Shown here in pieces: positions 12,292 through 23,199 of a DNA stretch of 37,022 nt. Below the pieces are notes generated by a model. It was not told where the DNA came from, made no database searches, and worked only from the letters and a program-made list of their open reading frames with translations. The stretch's first letter is position 1; every line of letters begins with the position of its first letter. Position numbers and translations under genes: made by a program. The DNA is from Chlorokybus atmophyticus (Eukaryota > Plantae > Mesostigma and Chlorokybus algae): contig RHPI01001817.1 of assembly GCA_009103225.1 (NCBI GenBank), positions 1 to 37,022 of the forward strand, given 5' to 3'.

Positions 12292-13171
12292 CATATGTAT
12301 ATTTGTATACATATATATATAGTCATACATATACATATATCTTTGTATATACATGTATACACCGCGGTATTTACATATATATACCACTTGTATCAAAAAC
12401 ATAAAGGTCAGGGTGGATTGTACCAATATAAAGGTGACTTTGGGAGAGAGACTTTGTTCGATTTGCCGTTTTGTCCAATCACAGCGCGAGATAATAAGCA
12501 AATGTTTGCATTATGCGCTCTGCGTCACCTGCTGGCGCAAGGTTGGTTGCGGAGTTCTGGTCAAGTCTTTACATGTTTACCTCATGTGCTACCACGGTTT
12601 ACCACGATTATACATGCAAGTCGCAGCCTTCTACTTGCTTGCCTCCCGGCCTGCTACTAGCAGGCCGCGGGGTTGAACCGGCAATTTGGCAATGATGTGG
12701 TCGTAACATAATTATGGTTTGTAACAATGGAAGGATCGATCTTAGCGTTCCGAGTTGTTAAGTATGAAGTCTCGTATCGTTGATGGAACCGGTCACAATA
12801 TCAATGATGATGTGTACAGCTTTAGCATGCAACCTGAATGCATTACAATGTTATTGTCGAGTCCTCAATTGCGTTCGGAAGTAAAGACGCACTGTTAACG
12901 AATTGGTCACAACTGTAATTGCGACTTATACAAGTCCTTCTCACGGCCTGAACCCTTGATTACGTAAACACCGAATCCTTAACATTGTTGGGGATCCGGT
13001 ACTTACGATCGTCACCGGCGGATTGCCGTTTGTGACAGGTCGCAATAAAATTCGGCTGCAGCTACAACATATATACGGATCCGTCATAAACTTTGCGAAA
13101 TTTGCAAATAATGTCCGGCTTCGTTCATTACAAAGTTGCGGATCCAACCTGATTTGCCGAAACCCATTTCT
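11705..13171. mobile_element. Non-autonomous DNA transposon (~1.47 kb) inserted in LINE ORF2
   Basis: AT-rich non-coding block between the LINE EN and RT regions. Ends are AGAAATG...CATTTCT, flanked by ACCGGT at 11699-11704 and 13172-13177 (equally readable as TAGAAATG TIR plus CCGG TSD). Confidence 0.75.
12259..12385. repeat. Imperfect (TA)n / TATACA microsatellite
   Basis: Direct inspection. Confidence 0.92.
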
Positions 13172-13269
13172 ACCGGTAGTATTGTTTTTTGTGCTTCACT
13201 CGGTCTCGCACTCGACTGAAGAGCACAACCCTCCTTTCTTTGAGCAGCCAGACATTCTGAAGGCAGTGC

Positions 13270-14330
13270 TCTTTCTATCAGCAGCTCTACACCTCTTCTT
13301 TAGTCGATCCGGTAGAAAAGGCAGCTGCATTGGCTCGCTGCATCGCAGTCATACCGCAAGTGGTGGATGAGGAGGCGGCGGCGGAGCTTGACGCACCGCT
13401 TACGCAGGACGAGCTGCATTGTGCCTTGCAATAGCTTAAACCACGCAAAGCTCCGAGGGAGGAGGGCTGATGTTGGCTTTTTGGGCAACGCATGTGGCCG
13501 GTGATTGGGAAGGACTATACTGCCATCAAGTCTTGCAGGGCCATCGGATGGGAGCTGCTCAGAGCAAAGGGGTCATTGTTATTCTGCATAACAAGAGGAG
13601 GTTTCCAATCTGCGCAACAGGAGACCTATTGCCTTGTTGGCTGCGCACTACACGATTCTTGCCAAGGCATTGTCCCTTCGACTTGCTCCTCTCCTCTCAG
13701 ATGTGCTAGCCAAGGAACAGACGGGCTTTGTGCAACATCAGTATACATTTAACAACAATTATACAGCGTCGGAAACAATGACCTAAACGCGCCAATCCAA
13801 CCAGCAAGCAGCCATGTTGCTGCTTGATAAAAAAGCCTTCGACTGGGGTTTTTTTGTTTGGGGTTTTTTTGTTTGCTTGATGCTGTCATGCAAGCTCAAG
13901 GCTTTGGGACTGTGTTTCGCTTGTGGGTCCGTTATTTAAACGGAGACGACGTGAGCTCACTGCTTGTAAACGGTCACCAATCGGCATCCTTTTCTCTGCA
14001 GCGCAGCGTTTGACAGGGCTGTTCAGTGGCCCCTTCTTCGCTCGCTCTTGCCACTGAAGCCGTGGGAGCCTTACTTCGCACGCACCCTCAGGTTCGGGGC
14101 TTGCCCATGCCCTCCGACTATGTTAGCCACCATTTGCCGTCCAAAGAGCACAAATACTTTTCCTTCGCGGACGACACCACAATGACTTTGCAGCTGACAG
14201 AGGAGAGTTTTGCTAACTTTTAAGACGCGATAGCAACCTATTGCCTGGCCTTCGACTTTAAGCTCAACCTGAATAAGAGTACGGGGCTGCTGCTAGGCCG
14301 AACTCGGCCCGCATCCGCACCGGATTGGGG
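13270..14330 (+). pseudogene. LINE ORF2 reverse transcriptase remnant
   Basis: FYQQLY...LDAPLTQDELHCALQ*LKPRKAP, KKAFD (~13830), *QGCSVAP (cf. RQGCPLSP, ~14010), SFADDTT (14161-14181); many stops. Confidence 0.88.
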
Positions 14331-14696
14331 GGTGCGCTGGCTTGGGCATCAGGAGGTTGCTTATTTGCTCGGCGTCCCTATGGGGGTGACTATCCAGCAA
14401 TGCAAGCTGTTCAAAGGCGTGCTAGAGAAAATCAAGGGCCGCCTTTTACTATAGTTAAAGCATTATCTCTCTCTTCTTGGGAAGTCCTTAGTTGCATCGC
14501 AGTCGGTGCTCGCATGCTTGTGGTACATAGCTGCCGTGGCGTATCCCTCAGTTGCCGATCTGAAGTCTTTACGCACCGCGTGCACAGCATTACCATGAAC
14601 CTCTTGGTGGGTGCGAAGCAATTCAAGGAACACGTGACTGGCGGCGGTGGCGGCGGCGGTAACGGCCTGCTAGTTTTTGGGCGGCCAACCATCGGT

Positions 14697-14937
14697 AGAA
14701 ATGGGTTTCGGCAAGTCAGGCTAGATCCGCAACCTTGTTTGTGAATTTGTGCAAAGTTTGTTAGGGATCCGCAAGATTCCTAATTAACTTATGGCTACAT
14801 CCCTAATCCGGTTCGTGCCTGTCACAAAAGCGCTTTTTCGTTGACACTTCTTTGCGAATAAATCCTTAATGAAGTTGTGGCTGTGTCTTAAACAAACTGC
14901 CATCAACCTCTGTTAATGCTCTATACTATATGAATAA
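14697..14937. mobile_element. Truncated, inverted second copy of the right end of the 11705-13171 element
   Basis: AGAAATGGGTTTCGGCAAGTCAGGCTAGATCCGCAAC matches the reverse complement of 13135-13171 and is preceded by ATCGGT. Right boundary approximate. Confidence 0.75.
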
Positions 14938-14970
14938 AGGAATACTCGCAACAACCCCACACGAGCAGCT
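14938..14970 (-). other. Degenerate PPT and first ~16 bp of the 3' LTR of the large Copia element
   Basis: Minus strand GCTGCTCGTGTGGGGT then TGTTGCGAGTATTCCT (starting at 14953), matching the 5' LTR start TGTTGAGAGTATTTCT (from 20588) at 14 of 16 bases; similarity then stops. Confidence 0.6.
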
Positions 14971-14995
14971 TGACCTCCAATGCTTGCTTGCATTG

Positions 14996-17561
14996 TTAAA
15001 CACAGATGTCAAGTCCAGCGCAATAAGTCTTGAACTTGAGCGGTGACAATGTCTTTGTCATGAAGTCCGCTAGCATGTCATCAGTATTACAGTACTGGAA
15101 CTCCACCTCTCTCCGTGTAACCCTGTCTCGCACAAAGTGATGCATAACGTCAATGTGTTTTGTCCTTGCCGAGGCAATGGGATGCTTCAACAACTTGATG
15201 GCTCCTTCGTTGTCACAGTCGATGACGACGCACGCGGTAGGGTGCTCCAGATCTGCCATAAGCTTGGGAAGCTAAAGTGCCTCTTTCACAGCTGCTGCCG
15301 CTGCCATGTACTCGACCTCTGATGTAGATGCTGCAGTAGTGGGTTGTAGCCTGCTGTTCCAACTCACCACGCTTCCGTTCATCTTGAACATGTAGCCTGT
15401 TGTGGACCTCCTGCTGTCGAGGTCACCGGCAAAGTCCGAGTCGCAGTACCCCTCGAACTGAGTGCTCTCGCTCCCAAACTTGATTCCAACTATTGCGCTC
15501 CCAGCAACATAGCGTAGTACTCCCTTCAATGCTCTTCAGTGCTCCATGCTCGGTGCAGACATGTAGCGAGCAAGTACCCCCACAGCATGTGCAACATCGG
15601 GACGTGTGCACACTGCTGGATAGAGCATGCTGCCTGCCAGCTCACTATATGGGTACTGAGCCTTGTCGAGTACCTCCTCATCTTTTGCCTTGATGAGGGC
15701 AGTGCCAAGTGCCAGTGGTGTGGTCTTGGTCTTTGCATCAATGAGCCCGAACTTGGTGACCAGTCTTCTCACCATCTGCTCCTGACTAATCTTGATTGTG
15801 TGTGCCGCCCTGTCGCGCTCAATAACCATGCCAAGAAACCACTCGGCCTCTCCAAGATCACGGACTGAGAATGCTTGCTGTAGAGCAAGTTTCGTCTCCT
15901 GCAGGTGGTGCATTTGCCTGGCGGTGATAATGATATCATTAACATACACGAGCAGCCAGACCTTATTGTCTGCATGGATGACGAGCCCAGGTCTGCAGAG
16001 GATGCGGTGTAGCTTAGTGCCTCAAGCTTCTTGGTGAGCCTGATGTGCCACATACGCAGTGCCTATCGCAGCCCGTACAGTGCCTTGATCAGCTTGCACG
16101 ATGTGCCTCTCTCCCCTTCTTCATATCCAGGTGGTTGCTGGATGAAGATCTCCTCCTCCAGATCTCCGTAAAGGAAGGCAGTCTTCACATCCAGGTGATG
16201 CAGCTTGAGGCCTTCAGCAGCAATCACAGCTAGCAGTGCACGGAAGGTGGTATGCTTACTTGCAAGTGCAAATACTTCGTTGAAGTTTACACCTTCCTGC
16301 TGCAAAAAGCCCTTTGCCACCAGTCTTGCCTTGTAGCGCTCAATGTTGCCTTGACCATCACGCTTCACCTTAAAGACCCACTTCACTGCAATGGTCTTCA
16401 CTCCTTACGGAATTTGCTCCAGTAACCAGGTGTTGTTGGCATGGAGTGACAGAATCTCCTCGTCCATAGCACGCTGCCATTGCTCCGCATCTGGTGCTAA
16501 CAATGCCTCCTCATAAGTGCTTGCTTCTTCACTCTGCATACCGGCAACGTATGCTTTATGATAGAAGTCAGTTGCTGATCTTTGCCTCCCAGGGTATCTT
16601 CGAGCTGCGTGCTCCTGCTGTAGGTGCGACTGCTTGTTTGCTACAGTAGAGTCCTGCTCACCCTTGTCGACGATGATGGCCTTGCCTGCAACTCCCCCTG
16701 TCGTAGGAAGTTCCTCCGGCTGTGCTTCATCTTCATCTCGAGGAAAGAAGCCTGCTTCTGGTTGTGATAATCCCTCGTGGAAAACCACCTCTCTGCTCAC
16801 AATAACCTTCTGAGCATCCTCCAGCAAGATCCTGTAAGCCTTGGAACCCGGCTCATAGCTAATGAAGATGCCCTTCTTGCTGACCGGCTCCAACTTGTGC
16901 CTGAGCTGTTTGGGCACTGGTGCATATGCTGTGCATCAAAATACACGCATACCACTCACATTTGGTATGGCTCCGTAGAAGAGCTCCAACGTGTCTTCTG
17001 CTTCGAGCTCGCCGGAGACCTGTTGCGGATGTGGTTGGCAGTGTGTACTGTCTCATTCCACAAACTATCTCCAATCCCTGCATTGCTGAGCATGGCTCGA
17101 ACACGCTCAAGAAGTGTCCTGTTAAGGCGTTCAGCTGCTCCATTCTGCTGCGGGGTGTAGGGTGCCGTTGTCTCGTGGCGTATGCCCTTGCTGGCAAAAA
17201 ACTCCTTCAACTCCTGGTTGATACTACTCCCCTCTTCGGTCACCCCTCATTGCCTTCATCTTGTTGCCAGACTGCGTCTCCGACAAGGCCACGACTGTGC
17301 GCACAGCTCCAGCAACTTCTGACTTGAGCGTCAATGGGAAGATGATGAACATCTTGCTGTAGTCGTCGAGGAATGTAGCAAAGTACCCAGCCCCTCTCTT
17401 TCCCACAATGCGCATATGGCCACAGACATCCATGTGCACAAGCTCGCAAGGATGCTGACTGCTAGAAGAGGATAACGGGAATGGCATAGCATGCTGATTT
17501 GCAACCAGGCATGGTTCACAAATTGCACCGGATGCATTCTTGAGTTCTTCAGTGTCGAGAT
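14996..17561 (-). pseudogene. pol: Copia pol 3' part: end of GAG-pre-integrase, integrase, RT, RNase H
   Basis: CEPC...ELVHMDVCG, PYTPQQNGAAERLNRT, KWVFKVK...YKARLVAKGF, DVKTAFLYG, YVNDII, YCDSDFAGDLDSRRSTTGY, KHIDV; integrase-before-RT order is diagnostic of Copia; several stops and frameshifts. Confidence 0.96.
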
Positions 17562-17974
17562 TATTGAGATGCGTTAACAAACCTACACATGCACATGTGT
17601 GCACGCCACCCAACGCCAACGCCAAGAGGCTGCAACAACAAGACTAAGACCAAGACCATCTATTGCCCTCATGTCCGCGGGTTTTTTATACCCCCCAGGA
17701 ATATAAAATTCCTGTCTACTCTAGAGGCCACCACGTTCGCTACACTTATTTATGTGCTGCGTTTTGAGAAACATCTTGTAGCTACTTCCAAGGGCTATTT
17801 ACTGAGCTCTAGAACGCTCAAATCGGTGCAGTAACCACCGAGTTATGACGATTCACGTGCAGGCCTGGAAGTCGCCAGACTACGGACTCGAGTCCTCGCC
17901 TAGAGCCTTCTCGCGGCCATTCCTATTCAGAGGGCAAGCTGACCGTCCGCCTGGATATACGAGTATCTTCAACA
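17562..17974 (-). mobile_element. Copia-family LTR (LTRa, 413 bp)
   Basis: Minus strand TGTTGAAGATACTCG...CATCTCAATA; highly similar to 20066-20514 in the opposite orientation. Confidence 0.92.
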
Positions 17975-18325
17975 CACTAGGTCGGACTTAGCAAGACGGC
18001 ACAGTCGGACCAGACTCCGGACTCCAGACTGGAGCCTTACTAACTGCTTCGTATCTCCGCATATACTTACTCATATTAGATGTGTGAGAGCTTGTTGAAA
18101 AGCTTTAATTGGAAGGAAGACAGCGCTTAAAGCGCGTAAAAAGGCTGAGTATAGGTTAAGAAGTGCTTGCAAGTGTAGACGTGTATGTAACTGGCTGGTA
18201 TAAGAACCAGCGGACAACTTGTAATAGATGAATGTGATGTGATTTGTGTATGCTCTGGTGGCGGTAGCTCTGTCTCTGTGTGTCCATGCTTGCCTCAACT
18301 ACATGTGCATGCTAGTCCATCAATA
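17975..18325 (+). mobile_element. Distal part of the large Copia element's 5' LTR
   Basis: Ends CATCAATA immediately before the PBS and contains the family TATA palindrome GCTGGT-ATAAGA-ACCAGC (18194-18211). Confidence 0.75.
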
Positions 18326-18339
18326 GGTTATGGGCCCAC
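18326..18339 (+). promoter_or_regulatory. Primer-binding site for the 5' half of initiator tRNA-Met (copia-type)
   Basis: GGTTATGGGCCCAC is complementary to the anticodon arm GUGGGCCCAUAACC of plant-type tRNAi-Met and directly follows the LTR end. Confidence 0.88.
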
Positions 18340-18402
18340 ACTACGCTTGAGGAGTGTGAGACTAGCTTGTGCGCATATCAGTTATACACTACGGTAGCTT
18401 GT

Positions 18403-18415
18403 TGGTAGCAGAGCC
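18403..18415 (+). promoter_or_regulatory. Second PBS-like motif, complementary to the 3' acceptor end of tRNAi-Met
   Basis: TGGTAGCAGAGCC (cf. the common plant PBS TGGTATCAGAGCC), 39 bp upstream of the gag ATG. Confidence 0.55.
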
Positions 18416-18453
18416 TTGGGTGTCAACTGCAAGAAAAGGCAAGCACGACAGAG

Positions 18454-19781
18454 ATGGAGGCGACCTACGACAAGGGGCAGATTGCAAAGCTGGACACCGA
18501 CAACTACAACACATGGTGCGTGGAGATGAAGGCCTTGCTCATCCATAAGAAGGTGTGGAAGTATGTTGATCCACAGGCACCACCACCAACACCATGAGCG
18601 AATACTGTGTGGTCAGAGCAATCAGCAGAAGCACACTCTTTGCTTGTGTTGAACTGCAAACCGCATCACTTTCCCATGCTCACTGCATGTGAAGATGGTA
18701 AACAAGCTTGGGAAAAGCTATCATCCGTTTTCAGAGCCAAGAACAATGCCAGAAAGTTGCATCTACGCAAGCAGCTTAGCGCACTCAGGAAGGAGGCAGC
18801 AGAACCCATCACGCAGTATGTTGCAAGCGCAAGAGAGCTATTGGCGGACCTTATTAATGTCAACTAAAACATGGGGGAGACGGAGGTCGTGCTGGCCATT
18901 GTTGCAGGGCTATCAGCAGAGTACGAGGTCATCGCAACCCTGTTGGAGACGTCATCATCGGAGTTGACATTGGACGATGTGCTACCGAAGCTGCTCACCG
19001 TGGAGCAGAGAGTTGTGATGAAGGACGAGCAAGCGGATGCCGTCGCCTTCTACACCGGCAAGCACGCAAAGAAGAGCAACCATGAAGAGAAGTACAAGGG
19101 CAACAAGCCGGGCAACCCTCGTTACAAAGACCTCACATGCCATTGGTGTGGTTCAAAGGGTCGCATCGAGCGAGACTGTTGAAAGAAACAACAGGGGCAG
19201 CCTAGAGCAAGTACCAGCAACAGCAGCAACGAGCATCACAAGCAGAAACATGTTGCCTTCACCGCATCCGGTTCGAGGGAGAACACAGCTTTTCCGGTGG
19301 TGGACTCTGGCTACGATCGTCATCTCACACCCAACAAGGAGGAGATGGAGAGTTACAAGAAGCTGACGTTTACAGTGAAGGTAGCGGGCTTCAGTGGCGA
19401 AGTACTGGTGGCTGAGGGAGTTGGCAACGTATGACTGCAGTGCAAGGTTGGTAACACACTACGCGAGGTGTTTTTACGCAACATCCTGCGTGTTCCTAAG
19501 GCTATTGCGAGTCTATTCTCTGTGAGGGTTGCGGAGCGCTTCGGCGCGGAGATCCTATTTTGGAAGGGTGGCTGCTCAGTCATTTCAGATGGGGTCGTGC
19601 ACATGGTTGGAATCGCTGGTGCGGGAGGGCTCTACCACGTGGAGCAGCCTCAAGACAGTGATATCCAAGCCATAATAGTGATGGACAAGGAGACACCAAC
19701 ATTGTGGCATCAGAGAATCGGGCATATGAGCTACGTCAACCTCGCCTTATTATTGGAAAGATGGTCAACGGCATCCATCTC
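18454..19781 (+). pseudogene. gag: Copia gag, protease and start of GAG-pre-integrase
   Basis: LDTDNYNTWCVEMKALL, knuckle CHWCGSKGRIERDC, protease VVDSGYDRHLT, LRNILRVP, LWHQRIGHMSY; internal stops; ends abruptly at KMVNGIHL. Confidence 0.93.
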
Positions 19782-20065
19782 TGTCGAAGATATTCCTCCA
19801 GCAGGCGCAGGGCAACAAGGAGCAAGTGCAGCATGGGAGCAAGATGCGACAGGACGTCTCAAAGGCTCAAGTTGCTGTGGAGGACACATCTTTAAAGGGT
19901 AACTGGTACCAGGCGCTTATGGGAAGCATGGAGGAGCTGGAGGAAGAGAAGGTCAAAGGCTTCGTCGCAATTTTACGCAAGAAGAGAGGCAAGGCTAGCA
20001 TGAGAGCTAGCGGTGCACGAGTTTAAAGGGGAGAAGAGTTGAAGGCCAAGCTGCCCGCGTGGGAG
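19782..20065 (+). mobile_element. 5' portion of a short inserted LTR-derived element (element X)
   Basis: Starts TGTCGAAGATATTCC (LTR-like terminus) right after ATCTC and ends in the PPT GCGTGGGAG (20057-20065). Confidence 0.7.
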
Positions 20066-20514
20066 TGTTAAAGATATTCCTACATCCAGGCGGACGGTCA
20101 GCTTGCCCTCTGAATAGGAATGGCCGCGAGAAGGCTTTAGGCGAGGACTCAAGTCGAAAGTTCCAGACGCGTGAAGGTTCCAGGCGCGGACTCGAGTCCG
20201 GAGTCTGGCGACTTCCAGGCCTGCACGAGAATCGTCATAACTCGGTGATTACTGCACCGATTTGGGTCTTCTAGAGCTCAATACATAGCCTTTTAAAGTA
20301 GCTACAAGATGCTTCTTATAACGCAGCATTCAAATAAGTGTAGCGAACGTGGTGGCCTCTAGAGTAGACAGGTGTATTCCTGGCGGGTATAAAACCCGCG
20401 GACATGATGGCAATAGATGGTCTTGGTCTTAGTCTTGTTGTTGCAGACTCTTGGCGTTGGTGTTGGCTGGCGTGCACACATGTGCATGTGTAGGTTTGTC
20501 AACGCATCTCAATA
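20066..20514 (+). mobile_element. Copia-family LTR (LTRb, 449 bp)
   Basis: TGTTAAAGATATTCC...CATCTCAATA; inverted homolog of 17562-17974 with an extra ~43 bp between GGACTC direct repeats. Confidence 0.92.
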
Positions 20515-20588
20515 CAATGCTCGTCCTTACAAACTTCCACTCCTGTGTGGAGGGTCGATGCTGATCGTATGTAGAAATACTCTCAACA
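20515..20588 (-). mobile_element. Proximal 74 bp of the large Copia element's 5' LTR, displaced by inversion
   Basis: The minus strand starts TGTTGAGAGTATTTCTACATAC, an LTR terminus of the same family. Joined to 17975-18325 it gives a ~420 bp LTR, the same size as the others. Confidence 0.7.
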
Positions 20589-20603
20589 TACTCAACTCTG
20601 GTC

Positions 20604-21134
20604 TGCGACTATTGTTACAAGGCAAGCCACTTGGAGCCAGTCTGCTGACTCAAGTTTCCTGAGTTGAGACCCGTTAACAGCAACAACTCTGGTGTACAAC
20701 GGCAACAACTCTGGTGGCTACAACAGCAACAACACTGGAGGCCACGACGGCAACAACTCTGGTGGCTACAACAGCAATCACATCAGAGGCCATCACAACA
20801 CCAACAACTACGCCAACGCTCGCAAGGAAGAGCAAGGCTACAGGGGGAAGAATCGCCCTCCTCAGCGCAAGGGACTGGAAGGACGTTCGCGCGCTGCTGC
20901 TGTTGCCGCCAAGGCTCCAGCCAACCCGCCAGCTGATGACCATATGGCCGCCCTTATGGCGCGTATGGCATGCTTGGAGGAAGATAAGGAGCAGGACTAC
21001 CGCGCCTGTTACTTTGCCCAGTGGGCACTGATGGCTTCAAAGCGCACGAGAGACACCAGCACTCCGTCACGTATTCAACCATCCTGACGAGTTCGAGGGA
21101 AGCCGCAACAGCGTCAGCAGCCACCTCCTCTGAA
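20604..21134 (+). pseudogene. gag: Gypsy gag C-terminal region: zinc knuckle plus Asn/Gly/Tyr repeats
   Basis: CDYCYKASHLEPVC*LKFPELRP (20604-20672) parallels CSHCKKGGHVDAKCWSKHPELRP of element 2. Confidence 0.7.
20674..20790 (+). repeat. 24-bp tandem repeat (~4-5 units) encoding (Y/H)NxNNSGG
   Basis: Unit consensus TACAACGGCAACAACTCTGGTGGC. Confidence 0.85.
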
Positions 21135-23199
21135 GCCACTAGTGGTGCTGCACCAGCAGCAACAGTTACACCGGCTACGTCAACTCCGTCAACGTCAGCA
21201 GCAATTGCTCCAGTGTTATTAGAAGTTGGTATACCAGTGAGCATCGTAACGCCAACACTAGTGAGCTCACTAACAACAGCCACTGCTCTCACCGACCCTG
21301 CAGCAGTAGGTCGCACCGGTCCAGCTCCACCTGCAGGACCACCTGTGTCAGCAAGTGTTGAGACTACCCTCGCGCCACTGAGCGGCACTCTCGCCACCAC
21401 CGACAGTGCCATCGTTAAGCGTGCTGCCACGCGCGCAGCAACATTGCCCGCCCTCAACGCCACTCAAGCTGTCCCACGAGATCAGCAAGCTAAGCGCGCA
21501 TGGGAGACCATCATGCGTGGAGCAGATCCCACTACCATGGCTTTTTGGCGCGGAGGAGAGCGAACAACTCGCGTTGAACGCAGTAATCGCGTCTGCCCAC
21601 TGCCTGAATATCACCTGCCAGAACAAACTCAGCGGCACCTGGAGGATGAAATCGCCGGCACGGCGCCTCCCATGTGACACCGTGTCTTTGTGGTACAAAC
21701 ACCTGTTGTGCTAAAGTTGGCACTACAGTTGTTTTTGAATATGTATAACGACATGCAGACTGCGCCACGCCAGCCCGCACTAGTCCAGCATGATCCCTTT
21801 GAGCCAAGCCCGCTGGACACGTATTTGGACCGGCAACCCAATGTACAGCAGCACATCGTTGATACAGCCGACATGTCTCTGGGTGACAACGAAGCACTGA
21901 GGCCCCTCAGTACCGTTCGGCTTTATGAGCGCTACACCGCGCTGGAACAGGCTTTCACCTGGCGACAGGACCAAGCGGCAGCAATCGATGCAAGAGCGCA
22001 CGCCCTTGCCAATCCTCGCGCTGGCGTTTTTTAACCCACAATCGCTGGCCCATCATTCAGCACAACACCCCTTGTCGGTGGGCCCGACATTGACCAGGCG
22101 AAGGCGCCCAACAACCAGTGGGGTGATTGCCCCGCTGCTACCCGCCTTATTGGAATACTTGCCTGACAATTAACAGGATTCAGGGAGAGGTTACCTCACA
22201 CCGCAAGGGTGGACACAACGAGGTGGAGCAGGTTCACTCGGAGAACAGCAACTTCGCGCTGCCCTGTTGCAATAAGCAACCATGCTGCACCGACAAGAAG
22301 GCATCGGCCTGAGACGGATGTTGGGGATGCGAGAAGGTGGTAATGCAGCTCGAGCAAGACTCGTGACTTGGCAAGACACCAATCACCCCGCAATCCCCCT
22401 GTTCGCATTCGGCAAAAGATTTTTTGGTTGCACGCCTTTCTGCGCTCGCTACGGCAAGCCTATGACGAGGTTGCCTCGGCAGCCACTGACACCTTAGAAG
22501 GAGCTTAAAAGGCCATATTGAGGTTGCCAGGGGTGGAAGCAGCGCGGCAACGCAGACGCATCGCAGCTGCTTGTGAGCAGCATGTCTAATAGCCAAAGAT
22601 TTACCCCACTGTGCGGATACGAGCAACAACGGTGCTAGAAGTGGGGATGGTCACTGGCAGATGGGATGCCTACGTGGCAGGGATTATAAGGGTTTCCACC
22701 ATCACCCACGACATAAGAGCGCGGCTCCTACACACAGTGTATCTTTAGCCCATGCCTCCGAATCACCGCTGGTGTGACGTGGTCAGCGATTCAACAGCCA
22801 CATGGGAAGGTACACTGGTCAGGGAGGCAGCTCATGCTATACGCTGAACTTATGTGGAAGAACAGGCTGCACGGAAGGCGGGCCCACAAACACCCGGTCC
22901 TCCAGGGTTTCCTTAACAGCCACTGGCTACGCCGCCAAGTATGACCCCGGCCACACAGAGGCGCAATGCCCCTGCGCCACAACTAGGGCAACCACAGGAA
23001 GCACCGCCAGCACTAGGCCGCAGCGCGTATACCAACAGCCAAGATAAGGATGGTTCGGGCCAGACCGCAGTCAAAGAGAGGTTCTCAAGACTCAGCTAGT
23101 CGAGGGGCGCTTGCTGCACTGCGCTCGACACTACCGGAGGAGACTACAGCAGCAGTCACCCCACGCACGCGCTACCAACCATTCAAGCGCCTGCGCATC

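Larger units (their letters stand above)
8049..14620 (+). mobile_element. Degenerate L1/Tx1-type LINE, interrupted at 11705-13171; ends approximate
   Basis: ORF1 with a CCHC knuckle, then AP endonuclease, then non-LTR reverse transcriptase motifs, all on + in the expected order. Confidence 0.85.
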
